This document shows, in pieces, positions 38,247 through 49,789 of a stretch of 64,000 nucleotides of DNA (positions within the stretch are counted from its first letter, which is position 1; each line of letters starts with the position of its first letter). The stretch comes from Squalus acanthias. Taxonomy: Eukaryota. The translations under genes were made by a program, and so were the position numbers. The notes under the pieces are model-generated. The model saw nothing but the letters and a program-made list of their open reading frames with translations, did no database searches and was not told the origin of the DNA. The stretch is taken from assembly GCA_030390025.1 (NCBI GenBank), contig CM059432.1, positions 87,980,001 through 88,044,000 on the forward strand, read 5' to 3'.

Positions 38247-39071
38247 GGGCTGGATTTTGAATGACCCGTGGAGTCGGGTTTGGAGTCGAGGGGGGGGGTT
38301 AAAGTTGCAGATTCGGGGGTCCCGACCCCATCCCGACTCCAACCCGCCTCCATGCCAGTTTCTCTGGCGGCGGGTACCCGACCTGGTCTGAGACCCAACT
38401 TCCTGAGGCGGGAAGGGATTACTGACAATTAACTGCCTGTTAACTACCCATAATCCCCATTTTCAAAGGAAAAGTGTGGGCTTCCCGACAGGTGGCAAAC
38501 ACTCCAAGTTATCGGGTCGGGCCGTGGGTCTGCAGGGGTTGGAGGGGTCGATATGTCCGGTGGGCGGGTGAGTGATGGGTGCATGTGTGCAGAGGTAAGT
38601 GTGTAAGGTAAGTGCTAAGTGTTGAAAAAAGTTTTACTTACCTTAACTTCCTCCTGCAGGTGTCAGCCCTTCAGTTCTCGGGAGTTAGAAATCTCACCGG
38701 CACAGAAAGCAGGAAAGCCATGGACCTGTCAAAAACAGCAGCCTTCTGATTTCTGTGGTGGAATGATTTCTAACTCAGCCTGAGAGGAAGGACTGAAGTT
38801 AGAAAGCATATTGTGAGTGTTTGACAGCTTCACAGAGCTGTCAAACGCTGATATTTTATCTGTCAAAAGCTCGTGACAGATTAAATGTCAGTCTGTGACG
38901 TCACCTGTTGCCGGGTGGCCCTTAATTGGCCTGCTGAGCCCACTGGGCGGGCTCAACAAGGTCAATCAAGGGAAAATACAGTGGGTTGGCCACATCTCGA
39001 TGGAGGCGGGTTCACAAGCCAGAATGTGTGATTCCCGACCTCAACACGACTCCAACTTCAAAATCCAGCCC
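38247..39071. mobile_element. Harbinger-type MITE
   Basis: Perfect 15-bp TIR GGGCTGGATTTTGAA; CRE at 38896; imperfect TSD (TAT/TTA). Confidence 0.85.
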
Positions 39072-39656
39072 TTAGGAAATATTTTTCATTGTCTGAGCAG
39101 ATGATAGTCCAACTGTTCAAACTACAGGGCAACAAAGAGAACACCTCGATATGAGAGTCCACTGCTGAAGCTGAGAAGTGATGTCAATATGGCTGCTGAA
39201 TGTTTTGGTCAAAAATAAATATCAGCAATGCCCATAAAACCTCTAGTATGCACTCCAACAATAATTTTTTATGTAACCTCTGGTATCATGCTCTGCCTTC
39301 TTATTGTTCACTGTATTTGTAATAAATTAATTAATGTGAAGCTCTCAGTCTTCTTCGACATTTTATTGCTTCCTCCTGCTTCAAAAACAAGTAGCAATTT
39401 TAAGGAACAGGCCCCATTTAATCACGACAATGACAGGTATGAAAGAATGAATGAATGAATGAATGAAACACACCACAGCACCAAAGACACAATGGCCCAG
39501 AATTTGCGGTGGGTAATAACAGCGAACAAACCTCCTTCGCTGTTATTACCCCTTTGGAACTGACTGCAACTTCAGGATTTAGCACATGCGCATCCTAACG
39601 CGGAAATCCTGATTCTGCGGTCAGTCATTCATCGCTCCGACACTGGCTGCGTTGTG

Positions 39657-40436
39657 ACTGTTGATGGGTGCTAACAGTTCAACAGACCCATCCCACACCA
39701 AGAGCATGCGAGAACAGATCATTCACCAGCTTTATGATGGAGGGCAGAATATTCAGGCAATTGTGTAGTCTGGATACACCCAGTTTGTAGAGGAACATAA
39801 CAATATTGCAATACATTATGCAATTTGATTGTCACGATTGGAGGAGGAGGTTGGATCGCCAGTAAAGCTGCTCACAAAACTGAGGTGAACCCAGCAGGCA
39901 TTCTCCCCACAGCGCTACAATGTTGCCATTCAGAACACCCTAGAATCTTACAAAGGCAGCATGCAGTTTGTTGGACCAACGTTTCTGTGGCTTATGTTCC
40001 ACCCAAACCAGGGTATCACCCTTCAAGTGACAGATCTCGCCATAATTTGGCAATCACTCAGTACATTGGTGAATAAAACAAATGTTTTAATATATATTTC
40101 TGTAAATAGGTTTAACAATATCGATTTCAATGGCGTCAGTTTTACGCCCCTGCAGAAGTTGAAAGTTACCCCCATGGTGTTGTCCCTACCTCTGCATACT
40201 TCTTTCAGCCCTGTGTTCCATCACGCACTATCCTTTCTTTTGATTCTGGCCTCCTCTGTGACCCCCATCCTCTGCTCCATCTTTGGAGGCAGAGCTTTCA
40301 GCTACCTTAGTTCCACACTCAGGAATGCTCTCCTGAAATTTTGTCATCTTGCTACCTCTGTCCCATTCTTTAAAAAGTCCTCTTTTGTCTTGCCTTCAGT
40401 CACCTCCCTGTTGAACTGTTAGCACCCATCAACAGT
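39657..40436. repeat. Segment bounded by perfect 29-bp inverted repeats
   Basis: ACTGTTGATGGGTGCTAACAGTTCAACAG (39657-39685) and its exact reverse complement (40408-40436). Confidence 0.9.
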
Positions 40437-40698
40437 GGCTGATGTTTCTTCCGGTGAGAGGGTTTCCTGTTGACCACAACAGTCACCTATGCAAATCTCC
40501 AGATACTAGCCTGTAATTTGCGGTCAGCGGCGAAACAAAGGCGTTTGCCGCTGACCCCGAAGTAAGCTTCCCACAAAGATCTTGCGATCCCTATGGTGAG
40601 AAGTTTGGCTTTTCCGATGTTCAGTTGAGATTTGACAAAGTACCACAGAGAAGGCTGGTTAACAAAATTGAGGTCATGGAATAGGTGGGTCAGTAGCA

Positions 40699-40830
40699 CA
40701 AAAGCAAAATACTGCAGATGCTGGAAATCTGAAATAAAAACAGAAAATGCTGGAAATACTCAGCAGGTCAGGCAGCATCTGTGGAGAGAGAAACAGAGTT
40801 AACGTTTCAGGTCGATGACCCTTCGTCAGA
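40699..40830 (-). mobile_element. Penelope-type terminal-repeat fragment
   Basis: 132-bp insert flanked by AGCA (40695-40698, 40831-40834); related fragments at ~5515-5575, 6458-6515, 45275-45360, 58800-58860. Confidence 0.6.
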
Positions 40831-40831
40831 A
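40797..40831 (-). ncRNA. Minimal type I hammerhead ribozyme motif
   Basis: Minus strand reads UU CUGACGA AGGGUC AUC GACCU GAAA CGUU AACU: both core boxes, stem II with one bulge, palindromic AACGUU at stem III; helix I truncated. Confidence 0.65.
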
Positions 40832-41323
40832 GCAGCTTGGATAAGGAATTGGCTTAAGGACAGAAAAAAGCGAGTTGTGGTAAATGGCTGTTTTTCAGAC
40901 TGGAGGATGGTAGACAGTGGTGTTCCCCAAGGGTCAGTGCTGGGGCCACTGCTTTTTTTGATATATATAAATGACCTGGATATTGGAATACAGAGTAGAA
41001 TTTCTAAATTTGCCGATGACACCAAACTTAGGGGTGTGGCAAACGGTGAGGATGATACCAATCGACTGCAACAGGACATAGAAAGGCTAGCAGAATGGGC
41101 AGACAAGTGGCAGATGGAATTTAATACAGAGAAGTGTGAGGTGATGCATTTTGGCAGAAGGAACAGGGAGAGGCAATATACACTTAATGGCACAGTTTTA
41201 AAGAGTGTGCAGGGACAGAGGGACCTGGGAGTTAATATGCATAGGTCCCTGAAGCTGGCTGGACATATTGAGAGAATGGTTAGCAAAGCATATGGGATCT
41301 TGGGCTTCATAAATAGAGGCATT

Positions 41324-42082
41324 GGGCCAGAAATTCGGGTCTCCACGGGTGAATACGCGCTGGGTACTCACCCGTAGACCCAACGAAAGTGCCGGTTTCG
41401 CGCATGCACTGCGCATGCGCTGGAAACTGGAACTTCCGTTCCCCTGAAGGAAGGGGTTCAGAGGTCGAACGCGTGCACCGGAGAGGCAGCGCGTAGACCT
41501 CAAACTTCATTTTTTTTTCAGGTTTCTCCGTGAGGGTAAGTACGGAGAAGCTGCGCGGGGAAAAAGGAGGCGCAAGGCCTGCTTCTAACAAGGTAAGTGG
41601 TGAATTATGTACAATTTAAACATTTTTTCAACAGGTTTATCTTTTTTACATACTTTAAAGAAAGGTAAGTTTATTTCTAGCACAGTTAAAAAGTGTAATT
41701 AATTTTTTCAAAAATTTAAATTTTAAATTTTGTTTAAAGTAGTTAATTTATGTAATTTATAGTTATTTTAAAAATGTGATGTTTTTTTTAAATTTATTTG
41801 AAGTTTTAGTGAGGTTTTGGGGCCGATCTCTATTCATAGATTTGACAGGTCTTCCTGTCAAATCTGTGAATGAAGATTCCCTGCTCCGATTGGCTCTCCA
41901 TGGCCCACGTGATCCCAGGGACGCTTCAAACTAACTGCGCCCCTGGGATACGCAAGCCGGCAGCTGGAGGAGGCCCAGGAGCTGAATTCCACGCGGGCCC
42001 AAAGCACAACGGCAGGCACAGTATGTAAGTATGCGCGCGATTCTTGCACCCGCGGGAAGCCGGAGAGCTGAATTTCTGGCCC
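41324..42082. mobile_element. Harbinger-type MITE
   Basis: Perfect 13-bp TIR GGGCCAGAAATTC; TSD ATT, confirmed by the empty site in the CR1 sibling near 2060. Confidence 0.9.
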
Positions 42083-42527
42083 ATTGAGTACAAAAGTAGA
42101 GAAGTTACGCTGAACCTTTATAAAGCGCTAGTTAGGCCACAACTGGGGTCGTGCGTCCAGTTCTGCTCACCACACTTTAGGAAGGATGTGAAGGCACTTG
42201 AGAGGGTGCAGAGGAGATTTACCAGAATGGTTCCGGGGATGGGGGATCTTAGCTACAAGGAGAGGTTGGAGAAGCTGGATTTGTTTTCATTAGAGCAAAG
42301 GAGGTTGAGGGGTGATTTGATAGAGGTGTACAAGATTATGACGGGTTTGGATAGGCTAGACGGTGAAAGGCTGTTCCCACTAGTTGATTGTAGAAGGACT
42401 AGGGGACACAGATTTAAGGTTTTGGGCAAGAGATACAGGGGGGACGTGAGGAAAAACTTTTTTATGCAGCGAGTGGTGAGGACCTGGAACTCGCTGCCGA
42501 TGGAAGTGGTGGAAGCGGAGACACTCA

Positions 42528-43418
42528 GGGAGAAATTCAGTATCGCCCCATTTGGGGCGCAATTATCGGCCGGGCGCAAAGATTAGCGCCTGTCGCTAAT
42601 TATCACCACCGACTGCAAACTTGACTTTTATCGCCGCTGGAGGTGATTGCAGCGCTATATCAGGCGCTTCACACCTGTCTTAAGGCGCAAAGGCCGAGGA
42701 GCGAGGCGCTACCTCAGAGCGCTGGCGAAGCTCATGTAATGTCAGTCAGCAATGGAACACACACACAATGGCACGGGCCAGTTCTTAAAGGGGATGGTTA
42801 ATCTTGCTTTCCATCCACATCCTGCTCATTGCAGCCTTGAATCTTGGCCTGGAGAGACCTGCACATCAAATGTGCTGGAAAGAACAATAGAGAGTATCAG
42901 GCAAAGAGCTCAGAGTGCAGCCCCCACAGTCTCTGCTAAATCGATACAAGGAATGGCAAATCAAAATGAACCTGCAAAGTGCTGCTCAGTACCCAAAACT
43001 CCTTCACACAACGTTGAATCTCTCCAGAAGTCTCTCCCTCTCTCTCTCAGAATGCGTAGTTCAAAAATGGCACCAACAATAAAAGGCAGGAAGCGGACAC
43101 CTTTAAATAGCGCTCCCCCTTTCCCTTCATGACTGCAGAACGCTCCCCTCAACCTGTCGTTGCTAGCGTCAGGCGGTAAGGCAGGGGGCGCCACTCAATA
43201 TCCGCTCCGGGGCGATACCGGGGCGTTGCGCACTCGAGTGACGTCATGATCTGCCGGCGCAGGAGATCGTGGCGGTAGTGTTTAGCGCCACCGCAAAATG
43301 TCTAGTTAATTTCGCGAGCGGCGCAAACTTCGCCGCGCCTGGGCGCTAGATGCTTTGCGCCCCATTAGCGCCCTCTTAAGGCGCTAACGGGAGGCGCAAC
43401 CAACTGAATTTTTCCCCC
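42528..43418. mobile_element. GC-rich TIR element related to the 9180/57256 family
   Basis: Ends GGGAGAAATTCAG / CTGAATTTTTCCC; interrupts the CR1 at ACACTCA|ATGTTTT; CRE at 43239. Confidence 0.8.
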
Positions 43419-43934
43419 CCAATGTTTTCAAGGGGAGACTGGATAGGCACTTGAGGGAAATAAACTTGAAGGGCTACGGGGATAGAGCGGGGGAATGGGA
43501 CTGACTGGATTACTCTACAGAGAGCCGGCACGGACTCGATGGGCCAAATGGCCTCCTTCTGTGCCATTATGACTCTATACCCTTCTCCCTCCACTACATA
43601 TCGTGTCTGATTTTTTTTACTTAATCTCTGTGAAGCGATTTCGGACATTTGGTTATGTTAAAAGTTCTACAGAAGTACAAGTTGTTCTTGATCATAAATA
43701 TGACATAACATTTCTCTGATGTTGATTTCTTCATGACAGCATCTCTTGTGTCATATTACTAATTAATGCCCTGTCTCCACGCCTTTAAGAATAGAGCAGG
43801 GATAGTGGGATTTAAATTTTTTTTATTTTAGCACACTGTTAAGTAGGATTGGTTCTGTAATTGTGATTTTAACATGATCTAGTGACAGTGCAAGAGGTAG
43901 AAAGATTAATACATCATGCCTCCGAGTTTCTTTT

Positions 43935-44342
43935 GAATTAATTCTCGGGATGTGGGCATCACTGGCAAGGATGACATTTGTTGCCCATCCTTCGTTGCCC
44001 TGAGAAGATAGTAGGAGGACACCTTCTTGAACGACTGGGATTTTTTGATACAACTGAGTGGTTTGCTACACCACTTCAGAAGGCAGTTAAGAGTCAACTG
44101 GAGTCACCTATAGGCCACAGCGGGTAAGGATGGCAGGTTTCCTTCCCTAAAGGACATTAGTGAACCAGTTAGACTTTTACAACAATCCAACAACTTCATG
44201 GTCACTTTTACTGATACTAGTTTTTTATTTCCAGGTTTAAAAAAAAAATGAATTCAATTTCTCAAGCTGCCATAGGTGGAATTATGAACTCACTCTCTCT
44301 GGGTTACTAGTCTAGTAACATAACCACAACACTACCATCCCC
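43935..44342 (-). mobile_element. tRNA-headed SINE sharing 5' head, body and 3' tail with the LINE at 15905-17973
   Basis: 44342-44050 aligns with 17973-17655; 44035-43940 aligns with the LINE 3' end (29505-29600). Confidence 0.8.
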
Positions 44343-44874
44343 TTTTACCCATTGACATTAAACTTTGATGACCAAGCTTTATCTTTACTTAAATAACTCC
44401 ACAACTGGCAATTTTGATGCACATTTTTACCACAACTAGTTGATCAAAACATTTGCTAAGAAACGCACTAAATATGGTGAGCTCATGGTCCCATGGGTTT
44501 TACTTGTGGAGCTCTGCTTTCAAGATGAGAATACTTTGCATTATATTTCACGATGTGTTTCACCTAAACTTAAATGAACCATTGTCAAATTACAGACCTA
44601 TAAAATTTTTCAAGTTAGTAACATGAAAAACTGTTTTGTTTTCAGCATACACTAAACTGATTTTTTTTAACCTTGATGTTTCAAATAAAAACAATTAAAT
44701 AGATATTTAACACTTAGATAATCTGATTATTTCAATATTTCAAAACTGTATTTGCTATGGTCCTAATGTATTTGAATATTACAGTCTTGCATGCCAAAAA
44801 TAATAGGTATTATCACTTCATTAATCGATGTACTCAGCATATGACTCCGTATCTCTGTCCATTACACATACTTG

Positions 44875-44982
44875 GATTCCCACATTACAACAGTGCCTAC
44901 ACTCCAAAAGGACTTCATTGGCTGTAAAGTGCTTTGAGATGTCCGGTGGTTGTGAAAGGCGCTATATAAATGCAAGTCTTTC
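44875..44982 (+). mobile_element. SacSINE1/L2-type 3' tail fragment
   Basis: Reverse complement of 60968-61075 (AAAGGCGCTATATAAATGCAAGTC). Confidence 0.8.
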
Positions 44983-45509
44983 ATACCCGATGCTTCTTCA
45001 AGCAAAAGGGACAGGGATTGTAAAATAACTTATACAAGTCAACTTGAATTAACACTGTCCTACAAATACCGCATTCATCCGATTGCCAGGGCTGTTTTTC
45101 ATATAAAAAAAACAAACACAAACAAAAATGTTGGGAGTTACCCAACATAATTAGACAAGCATCTCTACAAATGGATCAGAAACATTGCTGGAAAGCATTT
45201 CAACCACATTACTAAAAATATAGAGGATCTTTTACAAAACTTGATATTGTAGAGATAAAAAGATAGACAATTAATGCTGGAAATCTGCAACAAAAACAGA
45301 AAATATTAGAAATTCATAGAACACCAACTAGTATTTGAAAGTAAGATAGATTCACATTTTAGGTGGGACTGCTGCAGGCTGCTCTGAAAATGCTGATCAG
45401 ATATTGGACAGTAAAGATAAACTGATTGCAACGGAAGTGGGATCTGCTTAAGGGAGAGACTGGTGACGCTGTTCCCGAAATAATATATAGTGTAGAATCA
45501 AAATTTGAA

Positions 45510-47005
45510 ATGCCCTTTTTCTGTATTGTCACTCTGTTGCTTTTTTTTCCTCTAGATTAGCCTCTCTCCTACCCCTCTCTCTGGATTGCCTCTCTGCTGC
45601 TTCACTCTCTGACTTGTTTACTCCCTTGCTCCTTTCTCTGCATTACCCCTTGTTCTCTCTCTAGATTTTTCCCTTTCCAGAACCTCTTTATGAAATCCCC
45701 CTTTATTTTGGATACTCCCTGCCTTGCTGCTTTCTATGGATTACTTTTTTTTGGGTTGTCTCTTTTTTATATTATCCTTTCTCTGGATTGTTCCTCTTTT
45801 CTGCATTGATCTCTCTGGATTGCCCATGTATTTTGAATTGCCACTTATCTCTGGATTGCCTCCTTGTTTGGTTTGTTCCCCTCTTTTCCAATGCCCCATT
45901 TCTGCCTGCCTCCTCTCCTATCCTTTTCTTTGGATTGCCCCTTATTTCCTTATTGATCTTTCTTATCTCCCTATCTCTGGAGTAATTTATTTTTGGATTG
46001 CTTGTTTTCTGGATTAGTCCTCTTTCCTGCCACACTCTCTGGTTTACCCTATTTTTGTCCTGTTTCCGAGATGGTCTTTTTTATTGTCCCTTTCTTCTCC
46101 ATTTCTCTGAATTAGCCCCTTTCTAGATAGTACCTCTCTCCTGTCACTCTCTCTGGTTTGCCCCTTTTTTCATTGTTAGTCTAGTTAGTTCCTCTTTCTA
46201 ACTTACTCCTTTATTTTGTGCTATCCTCGCTCCTGGATTGCCTTTTTTTCTTGTCCCCTCTCATGTCCCTCTCTCTTTATTGCCCCTCGATTTGCATTGC
46301 CTTTTTTTGGATTGCTCCCTCTGGATTACTTTCTATTGTCCTATTTCCTGGATGACCCCCTTTTTTCTTTATTGTCCCCCTCTCTGGATTGCCCCATCTT
46401 TCTAGATTGTCCCCTTTCCTAAATTGCACTTTTTTTCCTAGATTGTCCCTTTGCCTTGATTACCCCTTTTTGGGGTTGCCCATCTGTCATGGTGCGCCTT
46501 TTTTTCTGAATTGCTCTTTTTTCTGGATTTGCCCTATCCTGTCTCTCCCTTTAAATTGCCCCTTCTAGATTGCCCTTTTCCCTGGATTGCCCTTTTTCCT
46601 GGATTATCCCTTTTTCTGGATTGTCCTTTTCCCTGAATTACCCCCTATTCTGGATTGCCCATTTCCCTGGAATACCCCCCTTTTCTGGATTGCCCTTTTT
46701 CCTGGATTACCCCCTTTTCTGGATTGTCCTTTTCCCTGAATTACCCCCTATTCTGGATTGCCCATTTCCCTGGAATACCCCCCTTTTCTGGATTGCCCTT
46801 TTTCCTGGATTACCCCCTTTTCTAGATTGTCCTTTTCCCTGGATTACCCCCTTTTCTAGATTGCCCTTTTTCCTGGATTGCCCTTTTTACTGCGTCGGTT
46901 CTTTTTTTTCTGAATTACAGTACCCCGTTTTGGATTGCCCCGATGGGATTGTCCCTTTTTCTGGCATGCCCCCCTTTTCCCGCTATGCCCTCTATCTGGA
47001 TTGCC
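45510..47005. repeat. Pyrimidine-rich tandem repeat, ~17-18-bp unit (CTGGATTGCCCTTTTT-like)
   Basis: Recurrent TCTGGATTG/ACCC motif; ~103-bp higher-order duplication at ~46610-46815. Confidence 0.85.
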
Positions 47006-47230
47006 GTGTGTCGGGATTGCGGCTCTCCGGCCGCGCGCCTTTGCGTTGCGGTGTGGGGCGCGGGCGGACACGTCACTCGGCTCTGGATAAAGGCGGCTGA
47101 AGCGGCGGAGAGTCCGATCCATCATCGCGCCGCCGCACCGCAGGCAGGCAGGCTGACGCTGCACCGCACCGAGCGGCCGCACAGCACACTGGCAAATTCC
47201 CCTCTTCGAGGAAACCTCTCAAGCCGCGCT
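47000..47230 (+). promoter_or_regulatory. CpG-rich putative promoter of the CRISPLD1-like gene
   Basis: Unique CpG-dense stretch; GC box GGGCGG 47062-47067, CRE/E-box-like CACGTCA 47069-47075, TATA-like GATAAA 47086-47091. Confidence 0.7.
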
Positions 47231-47328
47231 TTGTTGTTTTCTTGATAAAAGTTGCAGATATTTAACATCATAAAAGCCTTTTTGCATCAAATCGAAAGCG
47301 AGAGTTGTTGCTTGTGAGAGGAGTGAAG
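47115..47328 (+). other. CRISPLD1: Probable non-coding exon 1 (start approximate)
   Basis: Consensus donor AAG|GTAAGT at 47328/47329; acceptor TCTTCATCATTGCAG ending 47815, upstream of ATG 47887. Confidence 0.6.
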
Positions 47329-47886
47329 GTAAGTGTTGCCCGAACCGTTCGCCAGTGACCGAAATGCGGTGTATTAGTTAAAAAGTTCTCGTTAATTGTG
47401 TGACTGAGATTTCTGCTTCCCCTGACCAAGCACTGGAACCGTGTCAACTGAGCGGCGGGCTGTCATGGCACTGGCTGCCCCTCAGGCTGGACACCAGCAG
47501 CTTACTTGGAATAGATTCCCCTCCTGAACTGTATATGCGGAACATGTCTCAAATAGATGGATCCTAATTTCATTTGCCCGCTTTCTTGTTAAAACAAAAC
47601 ACGATTCAAGTGCCTGTAGCTCGGGCAGACGATAAATTATCTGCTCATAGCTTTTGAATGAATGGACGGCTACATTTACTGGCGTCCGGGGCTGTCTCCA
47701 TGACAACGCAAGCGGCACACTTTCCTCCCAACACAGGAATATTTGCTTTTGTTATTTAGCAAATTAATACATCGAGTCCTTTAACCTGCAAATAGTGCAC
47801 TCTTCATCATTGCAGCTTCAGAGTTGGCCGGGATTTTGAGGGAAGTGTCTTGGAGTTAATCGCAGAGTGTCCTGAGGCCATTCATC

Positions 47887-48225
47887 ATGAAGTGTTCAGA
47901 GTTGGTGACTGCTTTGCTATTAGTTGCACAAACAGTTGTTGCGATGATGAGCCCCAATGTTACTTCCGAATTGGATGCAATATTGGTAAGATTTATGGAA
48001 GACGATGAAGAACTCTTGACAACTGAAACAGTCACTAAAATGAGCAGCAATTTTACTGATGGTTTGGATTCAATCATGGCAAGATATATGGATCAAAATG
48101 AACAACAGTGGACATCCAGAAGAGCGAAAAGATCTATCACAGATAGTGATAGAGAAGTAATCTTGGATCTTCACAATAAACTGAGAGGTCAGGTGTCACC
48201 AAGTGCCTCTAATATGGAACATATG
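47887..48225 (+). CDS. CRISPLD1: CRISPLD1-like, first coding exon (signal peptide, propeptide, start of CAP domain)
   Basis: MKC start, hydrophobic signal peptide, furin-type [26 protein letters not shown], phase-0 donor ATG|GTAAGT. Closer by recall to CRISPLD1 than CRISPLD2; orthology needs phylogeny or synteny. Confidence 0.88.
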
Positions 48226-49789
48226 GTAAGTGCCCACCTTTCTGCTTTAAAGCATCATAAATGCTTAATTTTAAAAACACAGTGTAAAACATTGTGGCTT
48301 GTTATGGCCAGAAATTGGGAGCAAGGGTTCATTATTGTTCAACTTGTATTATTGTATCACTGTCATATGTGCAAACAAAACACCACCTTCTGGTAAGGCT
48401 GGTAATGCCAAGATGGCAATGCACAGTTAGAGTATTATGCCACCATGTGTGTTTTTTCTTTCTTTTTAGAAGTAAAATTGAAGTAGCTATTACTTTCCTT
48501 CAGAAGGACCATATGACCTTTGTGGCATTTTCAACTTGGTTGCCATTTTTTTTCGGAGATGTGCATTTAGGAGGAACAGTCACTGTAACACCTCATGCAG
48601 TATATGGTCAGAGCTGTCCTGGATTTTTGCAAAAAATTAGTCATGGTAGGAAATCTACTTAAATTTAGAGCTAAATAATATCTACCATATTGCACTGAGC
48701 AAAACAAAATGTGTTCTGTTGTCTCAGATTGTACGAAGATGCTTTATATGAATAACATCTTGTTCTCCACATCTTGTTCTATCTGTTCAAAAATTAAGCA
48801 CTGGACTATTTTGTTTCAGGAACATTGTCACAAAAGCCAATCGCTGCATTTTGGTTATGTTTGCTGTGGCGCTATGTGCTCTTAGAATAATTTATGAATA
48901 CTTTTTTAAAAAAAACTAATTTTCCCTCATTAACAGTGTTAGAGCAAAATATCAAAACTCTGTTGCTTGAGGGAGGGTGTGTGCAGAATAATGATTACAC
49001 ATAAAATTACTTTAACTATTTTAGATAGAAATGCAGAGTTGATTTGTAGAGGGAGTGAAATAATCATGCAAATAGGTGCATATGAAATACCTGTCTGCAT
49101 TTTAATGAAGGCATTAATCAGTTTAAATTAAACGGGCTAACACACTTGATAAAATATCAGCCAGAGGATTTTTATCTGAAAATGTTAACACATTTGTTGC
49201 AAATATACAGGACACTTTCATCAGATAAGGCTTCTTCCAGAGAGTTGAAACCACTGTAGGATTTCATTGATGACTAGCATTAAAAAAAGTGAAACTTCTT
49301 TACGACAGTTGGCAAATTTTAGTGTAGAATTTCCTCTACGTTGGTGGAAACCCTGAGGACACTAATTTGGCAATTGAGTAAAGGCACGATGCTTTCTCTT
49401 TCAATTGCATGAAGGAAAACCAGAATTTATAACTGCATCTGTGTCATTTCTGAGTGATACAGCAAACTTTGCAAAATTCGACTGTGCAGAAGAACAAGAG
49501 AGCGAGCAGCAGAGAGAAGGTCTTAATTTACAGTGTTTCTCTCCAATGCTCTCATATTGACTTTTTGGTGCTGGCATAGGTGACTAAAAGAAACCAAATT
49601 GACACGTATGCATTCGAATTGCCATTTGTAATGTCATGCTATGCTGCCAAATAGAATTTATTTTTCAGTTTATCACACTGAAGTTTAAGTCCCAATACTA
49701 ATAGTGATAATACTATTATGAATGTATTTTTAATAAATAAAAATATTCTATGCACATGCACACTTTTGGATTTATAAAATTGACCACTA

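Larger units (their letters stand above)
40625..43575 (+). mobile_element. CR1 LINE (RT and 3' end) carrying three nested insertions
   Basis: GVPQGSVLGPLLFLIYINDL, KFADDTKL, WQMEFNTEKC; nearly identical to 1450-2433, which supplies empty-site sequence. Confidence 0.92.

Noticed and set aside
45724..47100. Hydrophobic membrane-protein-like ORFs
   Set aside because: Artefact of the T/C-rich repeat.
48226..48396. C-terminal part of ORF 47887-48396
   Set aside because: Intron read-through; homology stops at the GTAAGT donor at 48226.
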